Part shown: positions 12,340-22,546 of the stretch, one piece after another
How the letters are laid out: each line of letters begins with the position of its first letter
How positions within the stretch are numbered: the stretch's first letter is position 1
Origin: Oopsacas minuta
Lineage: Eukaryota > Animalia > Porifera
NCBI GenBank assembly: GCA_024704765.1
Contig: JAKMXF010000313.1
Coordinates: 347,515 to 411,514, forward strand
Direction: 5' to 3'
Length of the DNA stretch: 64,000 nucleotides
Translations under genes and position numbers: made by a program
The notes under the pieces: model-generated
What the model was told of the DNA's origin: nothing
Databases searched by the model: none
What the model saw: only the letters and a program-made list of their open reading frames with translations

Positions 12340-13141
12340 TCCTAAGGGTTAGCTTCCACTTGTTAAATAGCGGTAAACAGCGACGTAGAATTCGACATTA
12401 ACATTTTAAAATGTCTAACAAGAATATTAAAATTCAATTTTATCTTTGCTAAAATGGATAATTAGTGGAATAGCATAATTTCAATAATCCATTAAAATCA
12501 ATTTGATAAATTTAAGTCGGCACGGACGGTGATTTTAGATTTTTCATTATAAAGTTTGCACGTTTCTGAGTTATCGACAGATCATGGATGTCACATGTTT
12601 TGCCAATATCTACTTATAACTGGATAATCGTGGAAGTTATGGTCAAATCAGGAAAGGAATTTTATAGTATTCACCCAACCTCCCTTACCCTTGTGATACA
12701 TTTTGATATGATAGCCCTCAAAATTACTGCGCAATCTCAAAAATGACCATATATGGGTGTATATATGATTACGTGATATTGGAAAGAGATATCATATCAA
12801 TATGTTCACAAGGGTACGGGAGGTTGGGCGTAATTAGAAATGCCTATCCTGATTTGACCATAATTTCCACGATTATCGAGTGATAAGTGGCTATTGGCAA
12901 AACATGTGACATCCATGATCTGTTCGATAACTCAGAAACGTGCAAACTTCATCATGAAAAATTCTTATTTTTGTACAGAGACAGTTTTGGATCATTTGGT
13001 ATTTCAACATTTTGAACATAGATTAATAATTAATGTTCTACATGGTTTCAAAGATGGAGCAGTTGTTAATATATATTTACCATTTACGCTAAGAAATGAC
13101 GTCACTTCGATCTGAAAATTTTCACAAGTGTGGCTTTAGGG
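12340..13141. mobile_element. Foldback-type long-inverted-repeat element, copy 1
   Basis: Inner arms about 12541-12713 and 12788-12960 are reverse complements (roughly 85% by eye); the loop contains AAAATGACCATATATGG, shared with the element at 29990-30695. Outer limits approximate. Confidence 0.7.
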
Positions 13142-13515
13142 AATTCCTACATATCAATAATACATTTATTAAAATGTATCAGTTTCTTATTATCAGCGAC
13201 TATACAATTCCCGATCAAAATATATCCACTTCTTCTTATCCCTGGTCCAGTGAAAATTGACTCAGTGATCAGGCCTTATCTTTGGAGGCTATGATTTGAT
13301 CTATATTATGTCAACATCTACCGTATGTTCGGAATTGAATGAATAAGCTGGGAGACCCCAGGGCTAATTTTGGCATATATTGGGCCTTGCTCGGAAGACT
13401 TTGATTCTTGGGCGAAAGTTCACACCTATGAAATTATTGCGTAAAAATCAGATTATTAGAGCTCCAGTATTACCACAGAATGCCATTAAATGGAATTTGG
13501 ATGATCCATGGATAA

Positions 13516-14655
13516 TCTATATTATTAAATCTCAATTGTTGTTTGTTTGTTTGTCCGTTGTCAAGGAAAGGATTTACGGTATGCAATTTTGAAATTGTCG
13601 CAAAACTATGTATTTATCGTGTTTATCAAGGAAGTAAATAAAATTTAATAAACTTCACTAAATATATGAAACATGCTGAATCCGATTTTCACACTTTTGG
13701 ATTAATCATATGTAAATTTATTGTTGTTTTTATGAATATAAAGTAAACAAATTTCAAAATTAAGGTGAATCATACTTTCAACGACTATCCTGGAGTATTT
13801 GAGTAGGCTGAGCCCAATTATGGAATTATAAACAACATATTGTGAATTTTTGTTTACTTTTAGGTACATAAAGTAAACAAATTTCAAAATTGAGGTAGAA
13901 ACATGCTTTCAACGACTATCCTGGGGCAGGCACGTAGCTACAGGGGGGCAAGGGGGGGGCAGTTCCCCCCCCAGATAAATTTGGAAGTTTTCGTTTTTCT
14001 ATACATTGTAGTTAGCTTATTAGCAACCAGCTTTCAGGTCCAAACGGGATTATAATGTTAATTTCATTGCCCTATTAGCAACCAAATTTCTGCAAAATCC
14101 GAGTTGCTAATAAGCGAACTCCACTGTAGTTAATAGCCTATGTACTTCAACTGCATCGTCAAAACTATGAGGTTAATAACTCGCGTTGCGATTATGGTTT
14201 TAATACTAGATGTAGACTAGTCTAGTGCTCCCTAACTTAGTAATCTGGTACTTGATGAATTAAAAAGGTTATACATGTAAGAAAAGGAGACTGGGTCGTA
14301 CTTGTTATACACAAGTAATTAACTTTTCAAAAATATTTATCCCTGCAATTGCCCCCCTGAATTTCTTGCTCTAAATACGTGCCTGTCCTGGGGTAATTGA
14401 GTATACTAAGTCCGAATATGGTATTGTAAACAATATATTGTGAATTTTTGTCTACTTTTTAGGTACATAAAGTAAACAAATTTCAAAATTGTTGTAGAAA
14501 CATGCTTTCAATGGTTATACTGTGATAATAGTGTGTGCTGAATCTGAATATTGTAAACAATATCAATATTATTAAATCTTAATTGTTGTTTGTCCGTTGG
14601 ATACCCCGAGGCGCAATGCGTCGAGTTCATCGCGAAGCGACGAGCCAGAGGCTCG
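13516..14655 (+). mobile_element. Non-autonomous Helitron with internal 130-bp tandem repeat
   Basis: 5' A|TCTATATTATTAAA with a (TTTG)n tract; 3' GC-rich hairpin TCGCGAAGCGA then GGCTCG|T; repeat units start at 13739 and 13869, with a third after the MITE. Confidence 0.75.
13927..14385. mobile_element. hAT MITE nested in the Helitron repeat
   Basis: TIRs CAGGCACGTA / TACGTGCCTG; identical 8-bp TSD TCCTGGGG at 13919-13926 and 14386-14393. Confidence 0.9.
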
Positions 14656-14794
14656 TAAAAAATTAAATTCTGATCAAAAATTAACCTTGAGGCAATTATT
14701 GCCGATTATCCCGTTTGCGTATGGACCCAAAAGCACTGACAAATGTAGCTGTTACATACTTATGCTGAAACAAGGTACAAAGCTCAAGGCTACT

Positions 14795-14834
14795 TCCGCC
14801 CGTCCACCGCGACCTAGCAAGCGAAGCGCGCTAG
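14795..14834 (+). mobile_element. Helitron 3' terminus (second family)
   Basis: GC-rich CTAGCAAGCGAAGCGCGCTAG|T: hairpin followed by CTAG and T, the canonical Helitron 3' end. Confidence 0.55.
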
Positions 14835-15379
14835 TAATGACAAGGCGAATAGTTAATTTGCCTTATACATCTGTCACCCATTAAATCACTGAAACACATG
14901 GTTTAAACACAGCTTGGAAAGCAGCATTTTTCTCTCTAAAATAGCTTTTGCGAACCGCATGGTGAGATAACATATTTTAGGTAATTGAAACTCATACTTT
15001 GATACCATATTCCTATATGTCACTAATAAATACCTAAGCTCTATCATACATATTTCCGAGATATGTGGTAATAACACATTTTCCAGTCTGCCTTCTCGGG
15101 GAAATATTTAGCCGTTCATTAAGTAGGCCATGGCTCAATCTAGGCTTAGGAAAATATACTTTGCCCCTTGAAAGAAATTAATTGAGAACCCTGCTCTGCT
15201 ACATGTGTATTTTGTATCCACTCTCTTACTTACTATTTATCTAATATCGTGTATACGTATGTGTCACGATATAGTCAGGATATTAAGTATGAATTCTAAT
15301 TACACGAAGTATCGAGCTATCATGAACACAAAATTAACCAACAAGATATATTATTATTTTCTATTTCAAGTTCTGTTTC

Positions 15380-15925
15380 ATGTCAGATTCTCCCAAAATA
15401 ACACCAGCTGATCTGGATTATCTTGCTATGAATGAAGTGATTTTCATCTTACCAGGATTCTCTCTAGGAAGGATTACACTTATCTTGGGAGACTTTGGTC
15501 CTTTTGTCCCTTCCATAGCTACAAAAGCACCTCTGTGGTTTGCTCTGTACCTGAAAGAACGCAAGTTATGTCAGATACAAGTTCCATCATGGCTGACTTG
15601 TGAATGGTTAGAGACAAAACGAAATGAAGAGCGGAGCGATCCAGATGGACCCCTACATCCAATCCACCTCCATTATATGGAGATATCTTCCATCTTATTG
15701 AACCATGCTTCTGATGATATCCCGCAAGCAGAAGAGATCAGAACACTCATTAAAGATATTTGGGATATGCGTATGTCCAAATTACGTAGGAGTATTAGTA
15801 TTATGATTAAAGAACAGCATGTACATGCTCAAGTCAAAAATATATCTTATATGGAATTGTTTTGTATTCGTCCTCATCTCTGTAATTCTCTATTCTTAAT
15901 AGATCACATACAAAAGGCTTCATAA
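15380..15925 (+). CDS. GINS2: DNA replication complex GINS protein PSF2, intronless
   Basis: Motifs GDFGPFVPSIATKAPLWFAL, CQIQVPSWL, HYMEIS and IRTLIKDIWDMRMSKLR; 181 aa. Confidence 0.95.
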   Translation: MSDSPKITPADLDYLAMNEVIFILPGFSLGRITLILGDFGPFVPSIATKAPLWFALYLKERKLCQIQVPSWLTCEWLETKRNEERSDPDGPLHPIHLHYMEISSILLNHASDDIPQAEEIRTLIKDIWDMRMSKLRRSISIMIKEQHVHAQVKNISYMELFCIRPHLCNSLFLIDHIQKAS

Positions 15926-16683
15926 ATTACTTTATTCTGATTTTTTGAAATTATTTCACTTTTCGAGAATCTGCAGATTGTTACTTAGAAGATATTATAC
16001 TGGATATGTGTTCGGTTCTATAATCATGCATCAATAGTTTTCCAAGTTTATATCTGTTCGGACATAAATTATGTATCTGATTTTATCTTCTATCCGCCCT
16101 TTGTTTTTTGAAAATTCTAAATAATGCGCTAGTTTGTGTACAATCAAAGTTTAATTTAATTTTTGTACGTACAGTCTTACAGTAGTTGATTTCAATAATG
16201 CTCGAATTAGATGATGAAATCGACTATATTTTATTGTTCCATCATGATGACTAATCAGATAGAAACACAATTGAAATTTGACTTTGCGATGAAAAACTTC
16301 AATATTTAAATAAATAAGGCAATAGAACCTCCCAAATGGACAAGTCTGGAGAGTTAGACACATTTCCGAGGTTCCACTTTTAGAGTTCTACCTGTATTAA
16401 TAAGAGACACCGACAATTTTACATTTGACCACTCAAAGGTGTAATTCAAATGTGATAAATTGAATATAGAGTATGGCTATTTGAAACTTCAGTGAAACCT
16501 CCGTTAGTGAACTACTCTGATTAGTGAACAAAAACTTTTGCCCAAATTGGTTAACTATAAAGAGGTTTGACGGTAATTTTGTATGTTCTGGAGAATGTTA
16601 AGTATCTACCGCGGGACAGGTTGAAATAAATTATTATACTTGTAGTATTTACTTGCATATTCATGCTACGGAATATGTTCCTT

Positions 16684-17700
16684 ATGGCTGATGCTTAGCC
16701 TCAGGTAGCACTTTCCACAGACCCGTTCCTGTTGCTAGGAAGAGAGAGTACAGAGAAACTAGATGGCATCATAAGAGCTACTCAGATCAACAAGCAACAG
16801 CTGATCGATAGACTACACTGGTACAGAGACCAATATAGAGCAAGTGAATATATAAAGGAGTTTATCAGATCTCTCAGCAATGAGAAATGATCCTAGCTGC
16901 TAATATCGATATTATCATGCAGCAGATAGATGATATGGAGATTATTGAGACTAAGATTGATTTCAAAAAGAAACAAACCTAGACCACTTTTGGGAAATTG
17001 GATGAGGGAGAGAAGAGTTTAAGATTGGGTTTAATAAGTAACACTTTTATGAAGAATAAAAACCTCTATTTGTTAGTGATTTTATGATAATTATATTTTT
17101 GGGTTTTCAGTATAGAAGGAACTTTACTGGATCAATTTGGTAATGAAGAGCTAGAAGGACCTTTTTCCATGGAATCTGTTAATGATTGTATTTTCCTAAT
17201 ATGTTATTCGTCTAACTCTGAGCGATTATACATTCGTTAAAGAATTAGGAACTGTAGGTAAAGCAGCGGGCCAATTCAATCAACTTTTGTCAATTTGTGC
17301 ATCCATGAACACTCTATTTGTTGCAAAATCCATTGTTCCCCTACGATACTTATCAAGACGCATACAGAGGATATCTGGATACGCTAACTATATTAACCAG
17401 GCATAATACATTTTGTATTCTGAGGACTCATCTTATTGGGTTTACTGTAACCCTGAGGTTACACAATATATTATTCAACGTTTGGAATCCTCTCCTCAAC
17501 CCGCTGCCATATCTAAAATGACACTTAGAATCTCAAATCACATATTGCTAACCAGAGCAAGGTATTCCTTGTCATAATGTGGGACTCTTCTTGAGAGACT
17601 GAAATCAGCATATTTTGATCATGATATTGGTAGAAATTAGAGTTTGTGATTAAATAATTACAAACTTTAGAAAGATATTTAAAGTTTTGTTAGTACACAT
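16684..17700 (+). pseudogene. Decayed gene: N-terminal coiled coil plus possible NHL/beta-propeller-like remnants
   Basis: ATG at 16684 followed by stop-interrupted reading MADA*PQVALSTDPFLLLGRESTEKLDGIIRATQINKQQLIDRL; later GTLLDQFGNEELEGPFSM. Paralogous segments at 19388-19740 and 53600-53707. Family assignment is tentative. Confidence 0.4.
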
Positions 17701-18256
17701 AACGACTTGAAATATTTATTGATTGTATATATTGTATTTGAATTTCTGCATTTTTGTTTATCTATATTTCGCCAACACGATCTATTATGAGTATTGTACT
17801 TACAATTCAGATAGAATTGATATGGCAATAGTAATGAAGATTAATGACTAATGGTGATTGTCAAATTAAATCGTTATATCAAGCTCAAGGGACCGCGAGA
17901 ATTACTTCGATATAAGTAGAGTTCTATAAATCCATGTGTTCGATATAGCGAGAGTTGATTGTATGGTAGCAAGCCCTCCTTAATACATGCCAAATCAGCC
18001 AATCATAAAACTTATCAATTCCAAGGGCTAGATAAATCATAAAGATAAATTTTGCTATTTATCGCCAGTTATTAAATAAGAAAGAATTATTATCAGAACG
18101 AAATCAGCTGGAGGAGACTAAGAAACCGGAACTATTTATTTTTAATGGTGATATTAAACAGCTCACAGATATACTCGTAGTGACATCTATTTGTGTACCT
18201 GATTTTCCGATACGATACAAGATTTATTACAAAGAATATCTGGATTTACTATCATA

Positions 18257-19372
18257 CGAGCCTTTGGCTCGTCGCTTCGCGATGAACCCGACGCATTGCG
18301 CCTCGAGGTATCAATTATTCTCCAAATTGACGACCCCTTTGAGTATTATAATATAGATATATTTAAGACAATGTAATTCACAAATATACGTATATGGCAT
18401 ATATATTATTGAATTATTTTGTAAGATCAACCCCTTCGTAGTCGTTGAGAGCAAGTATCTACATAAAATTTGAGATTTTGCTAATTTGTTTACTTTATAT
18501 TCATAAAAACAACAATAGATTTACATATCAACGGACAAACAAACAAACAATGCCATATACGGACTCAGCATACTTGAGTACCCCGGTATAGCCTTTGAAA
18601 GCATGATTCTACCGCAATTTTGAAATGTCTTTACTTTATATTCATAAAAACAACAATAAATTTACATATGAGAACTTGCAAATGCGAAATTCGGATTCAG
18701 CGTACTTAGTTACCCTTCTGAGGCTCGCCCCCCCAGTTTCTTTGAAAAAATGATGCTTAAGGATATTTTAATATTCCAATTTCCTAGTTTACTCAATGTA
18801 CTGCAAATAAATATTTGGAACATGATTGTAATTCTTAATACTTCTAACCGATTAAAAAATGTTTATTTATGTATTTGTAATGAATGTAATATGAGCAGCT
18901 GGTTATTGGTATGATTTAATAATGTTTATATTATTCGCAGTCTAGAGTCTAGACCCTCATGTTATATTCTGAATTTCTCCATTATACAAGTCATATTTTT
19001 AATAAAGTCATTAAATTCGATATAATACACTTTACTATTCACTTTACTATTCATTATAATTTGTGTAGTTAAACGTAAATTGAGTAGTGAGTACAATGGC
19101 CCCCCCCCTCACTATTTTGGTCAACCTGACGCCCCTACCCTTGGCTAGCCGTTTAGAGCAAGCCTACATATGATTAATCCAAAAGTGTGAAAATCGGATT
19201 CACCATGTTAGATATATTTAGTGAAGTTTTAGTGAATTCTATTTACTTCCTTGATAAACACGATAAATACATAGTTATGCGACAATTTCCTAATTGCATA
19301 CCGTAAATCCTTTTCTTGACAACGAACAAACAAACAAACAAACAAACAACAATTGAGATTTAATAATATAGA
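18257..19372 (-). mobile_element. Non-autonomous Helitron, same family as 13516-14655
   Basis: Reverse complement has the same 5' TCTATATTATTAAATCTCAATTGTTG(TTTG)n end at 19372 and the same 3' hairpin/GGCTCG end at 18257; interrupted by an insertion at 18721-19137. Confidence 0.75.
18721..19137. mobile_element. hAT-like insertion in the Helitron repeat (one TIR degenerate)
   Basis: Right end CCTGACGCCCCTA (reverse complement TAGGGGCGTCAGG); flanks CCCTTCTG / CCCTTGGC (5/8, degenerate TSD). Confidence 0.5.
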
Positions 19373-19387
19373 TTCACCAAGTATGAT

Positions 19388-19740
19388 CCTATTTTGTATT
19401 CTGAAAACCCACCATATTTAGTTTACTGTGAGGTTACAGAGTATAGTATTCAGCGTTTGCATTTCTCTTCTCGAGTTTCAGTCTCTATTATGCCACATGT
19501 AAAGTCACTTCCTAATTGGCAACCAAAGCAAGGTATTTCTTATCATATTACCGGACTCTTCTGGGAAAAGTAATATCCGAGTGTATGATCTAAACATGGG
19601 TAGAAATTATGGAATGCGATTAGTAAATTCCAAATTTTAGAAAGAAAATTATTATTTTATTGTTACTCATAATGACTTGATAGAATTTTTTGTATCTATT
19701 TTGGTATCATGGATTTGAATTTGTGTATTTTTGTATATAA
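19388..19740 (+). pseudogene. Second decayed paralog fragment of 17405-17760
   Basis: About 70% nucleotide identity by eye; codon-level match ILYSENPPYLVYCEVTEYSIQRL versus ILYSEDSSYWVYCNPEVTQYIIQRL. Confidence 0.45.
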
Positions 19741-21670
19741 ATATCTATATTTCACCAAATATAATTTATTGTTTGTATTTAACTACCAATTTACAGAATT
19801 GATATGTCAACACGTGACCATGAAAGACATTAAGATATTTGGTGATTATCAAAGTATAGTATGTTTTATTGATCCCCATAATGTTGACTAAATAGTGGGA
19901 AATAGTGTAACATGGTGGAATTTGTAAGTGGGCAACAGAAACAAGCACTAATGAATAATATCTATTGTTTACATTATTCATAAGTGTCTGATAACGACAA
20001 GTTTGTAGGATTATAGATTTATGGTTCAGGAATCAGAATACTGTAATTTATTTAATTATTATTACTCCATTATTGATATTTAACTCTAAATCTAGGACAG
20101 AGGTAGGCCCACAGGATTTGCAATTTGGCAAATTTCTGGCACTGAATTATGATCCGAAATTGAAATATTTCTTTCCCATATTTATTAGTTATGGTTTTCT
20201 ATTTGGGTATTCAATATAAGTACACGCATCTCGTTTTTACGAGCACGGTTAATACGAATAGTTTAAGGATTTAAGAGTACTAATTTGTCATATTATCAGC
20301 CCCCTTCGGTCCTTCTTGGTTCAGTCCTGGTCCATAAATTTGTAGCAATCTGCAAAGGGGCAATACATTACATTCAATTCTGGCAACTAAATTCTAAGTA
20401 TATGATCAAGCATGTGATTATTGTATAATTGTTATATAAGAAGTGCCCACCCGCCTGGAGGGCGCCTTTGGTGGAGATGAAGTGTTCGCAAGCCCCATAG
20501 CGTAAGTAAACGAAGCGTGCTTGTATATTTGAATATTTATTTCGAGGTGACCATGTTATATATAGACTTATAACCTTATAGTATGGGACTCGAAATCATA
20601 GTTCAAGTTTGTTCAATTACTTGAGTATATATGCAAGTATTTTTTTTTACTGAACTGGACATATCTGATTACTCTTCGTTAGTAGTGAAATTTACTTGTC
20701 TAATAGTAAAAACTAACCTAGATTGACATAGGAATATGCTAGCGACTGTCAAGTAATTTTAAATAGTTAACTACACAGTGGAACGTGGATATTCCCACAC
20801 CTGAACTTGAACCAGGATGCTAATCCAATCCATCAAACTTTGAGCAATCGATATCGACAATCGAGAGATTTATCAATATTTCATTGATAATAACATTAAC
20901 GTTCCTCGATATTTTTCAATATTTATCCAATTCCATTTTGAATTCTTATCTTCGTACACTAGCTTATCTGTGAATTAATCTCCAGAAACAGTACATACCA
21001 ATAGCAGGCACAATTGAATTGGCCAAGTTTTACAATTCCATATCAGCAAATAGTTACAAATTAGAAATTACAACATGCGCATGATAAGGTAATATACATA
21101 TGTGTGTTAATTAAACAATTCTCATCGAAAATGAAAAAATATCGATGAAAATTCGTCGATAAATATCCAATAGAGCTCCCAACTCTGGAGTGGTATCATT
21201 TAATCCTCTCTTCCTAAATTGTAAATTGTAAAACACAGTAGAGTGGGTAGACTTCTGAATTTTAATATGTTCTAGGAATTGTTTGCATTACATAATTATG
21301 TCGACTGTTTTTGCCTGCAATTTGAAAAGCATTAAGAGTGGAACATGTGTTACTCAATATTCCGATATGGCTATGACGCTTCTAGTATGGAGGGCTGAAG
21401 AAGCAACATGGAAGATCTCCATAACTCAATTCCTCACCGAAACGATAGGACACTTTTCGTTGTTTACGATGACCACTGAAGAAAAGAAGTTGTGTTATAT
21501 TGCACCGAAGATTTGCTGACAAGACTAATATGTAGTACATAAAATAATGATGCTGTCAAACCTGCTCTGAATGCTGTGCCAGAGCCTGGACAATGAAGTT
21601 TGTGCCCCATGGTATTTAAGAAATGACCATACTGTTAGGTAGCAATGAAATACTAAAGATATCATTCGAG

Positions 21671-21988
21671 AGTGGAACTGTCACGCTATATTTGGTCCGC
21701 CGCCATAAATGGTAGAACCTCTATAAGTGGGGGGAGGTCGGGCCGGTGAATCTGCCGATATACCCCCTCCCCATCCCAATTTATAATTCCATTTCAATTA
21801 CCCTTTAACCAGAGATTTGTTAGTAAATATGTGTAGCCAGTTCCTCCAACGACTGTTTTCAATGATATTTGATTATTCTTAGATGCCCTAAGGTTATTTG
21901 TTGAATTCTGAGGGACCATCCATGCTACTATATATGGTCAGGCCGGACCGACTTTGAAGGGGACCAAATATGGCATGACAGATTCACT
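21671..21988. mobile_element. TIR MITE, superfamily unresolved
   Basis: CTGTCACGCTATATTTGGTCC (21678-21698) versus the reverse complement of GGACCAAATATGGCATGACAG (21961-21981), 19/21 match, extendable to about 28 bp; no TSD seen. Confidence 0.55.
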
Positions 21989-22546
21989 GCTACTTACTGT
22001 GTGTGATACTGATTGGGCAGCATGTTGGTATTGTATGTGATTTACGCTGTGTTTTATCTCGACATAAGAAGGCCTACCCCTTATCGTATGATACTTTCAA
22101 ATTATCCAGGGTAGTGTAATTGTAGTGCATAGTCCTATTTCTCCAGGCGTGGCTCTTAGGCCGACCATTGGATGCTTATAAGTATAATGCTGATCTCCCG
22201 CCTCATGAACAGATGGCCATAAGTTGTCCCGAGGTGCAGCACGCTTCTCTCACATGAGGGGGACAGATTTATTATGTTAACCTGTGGTGTAATTTTTTAG
22301 CAATACATTGCGGGATGTAGCAAAATTGCATTAGACTGAAAATCGGGACAATTAAGGTTTTAATACATGTTCGAAAAAGCGGGACTGTTGGAAAGTAGGC
22401 ATGCTTTAAATACTCCACTCTCAGTTTGTTTTGTAGTTTTGTAATTTGGTGCACTTCTTGTTACTTAAAGTTTACCCTCCATGTTAACGCAATTATTGAA
22501 CAACTAACAATGTATTATTAATCAATTGTTCTAGTAATTTTGTGAA

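Noticed and set aside
13739-14560. Repeat arrays (130-bp unit; also 3656-3780 and 52807-52852) as CRISPR
   Set aside because: Units are homologous along their whole length with no unique spacers; no cas genes; eukaryotic context.
21270-21630. Coding-like frame with several TGA stops (selenoprotein or alternative code)
   Set aside because: TAA stops interrupt the same frame; more likely a decayed transposase fragment that I cannot assign.
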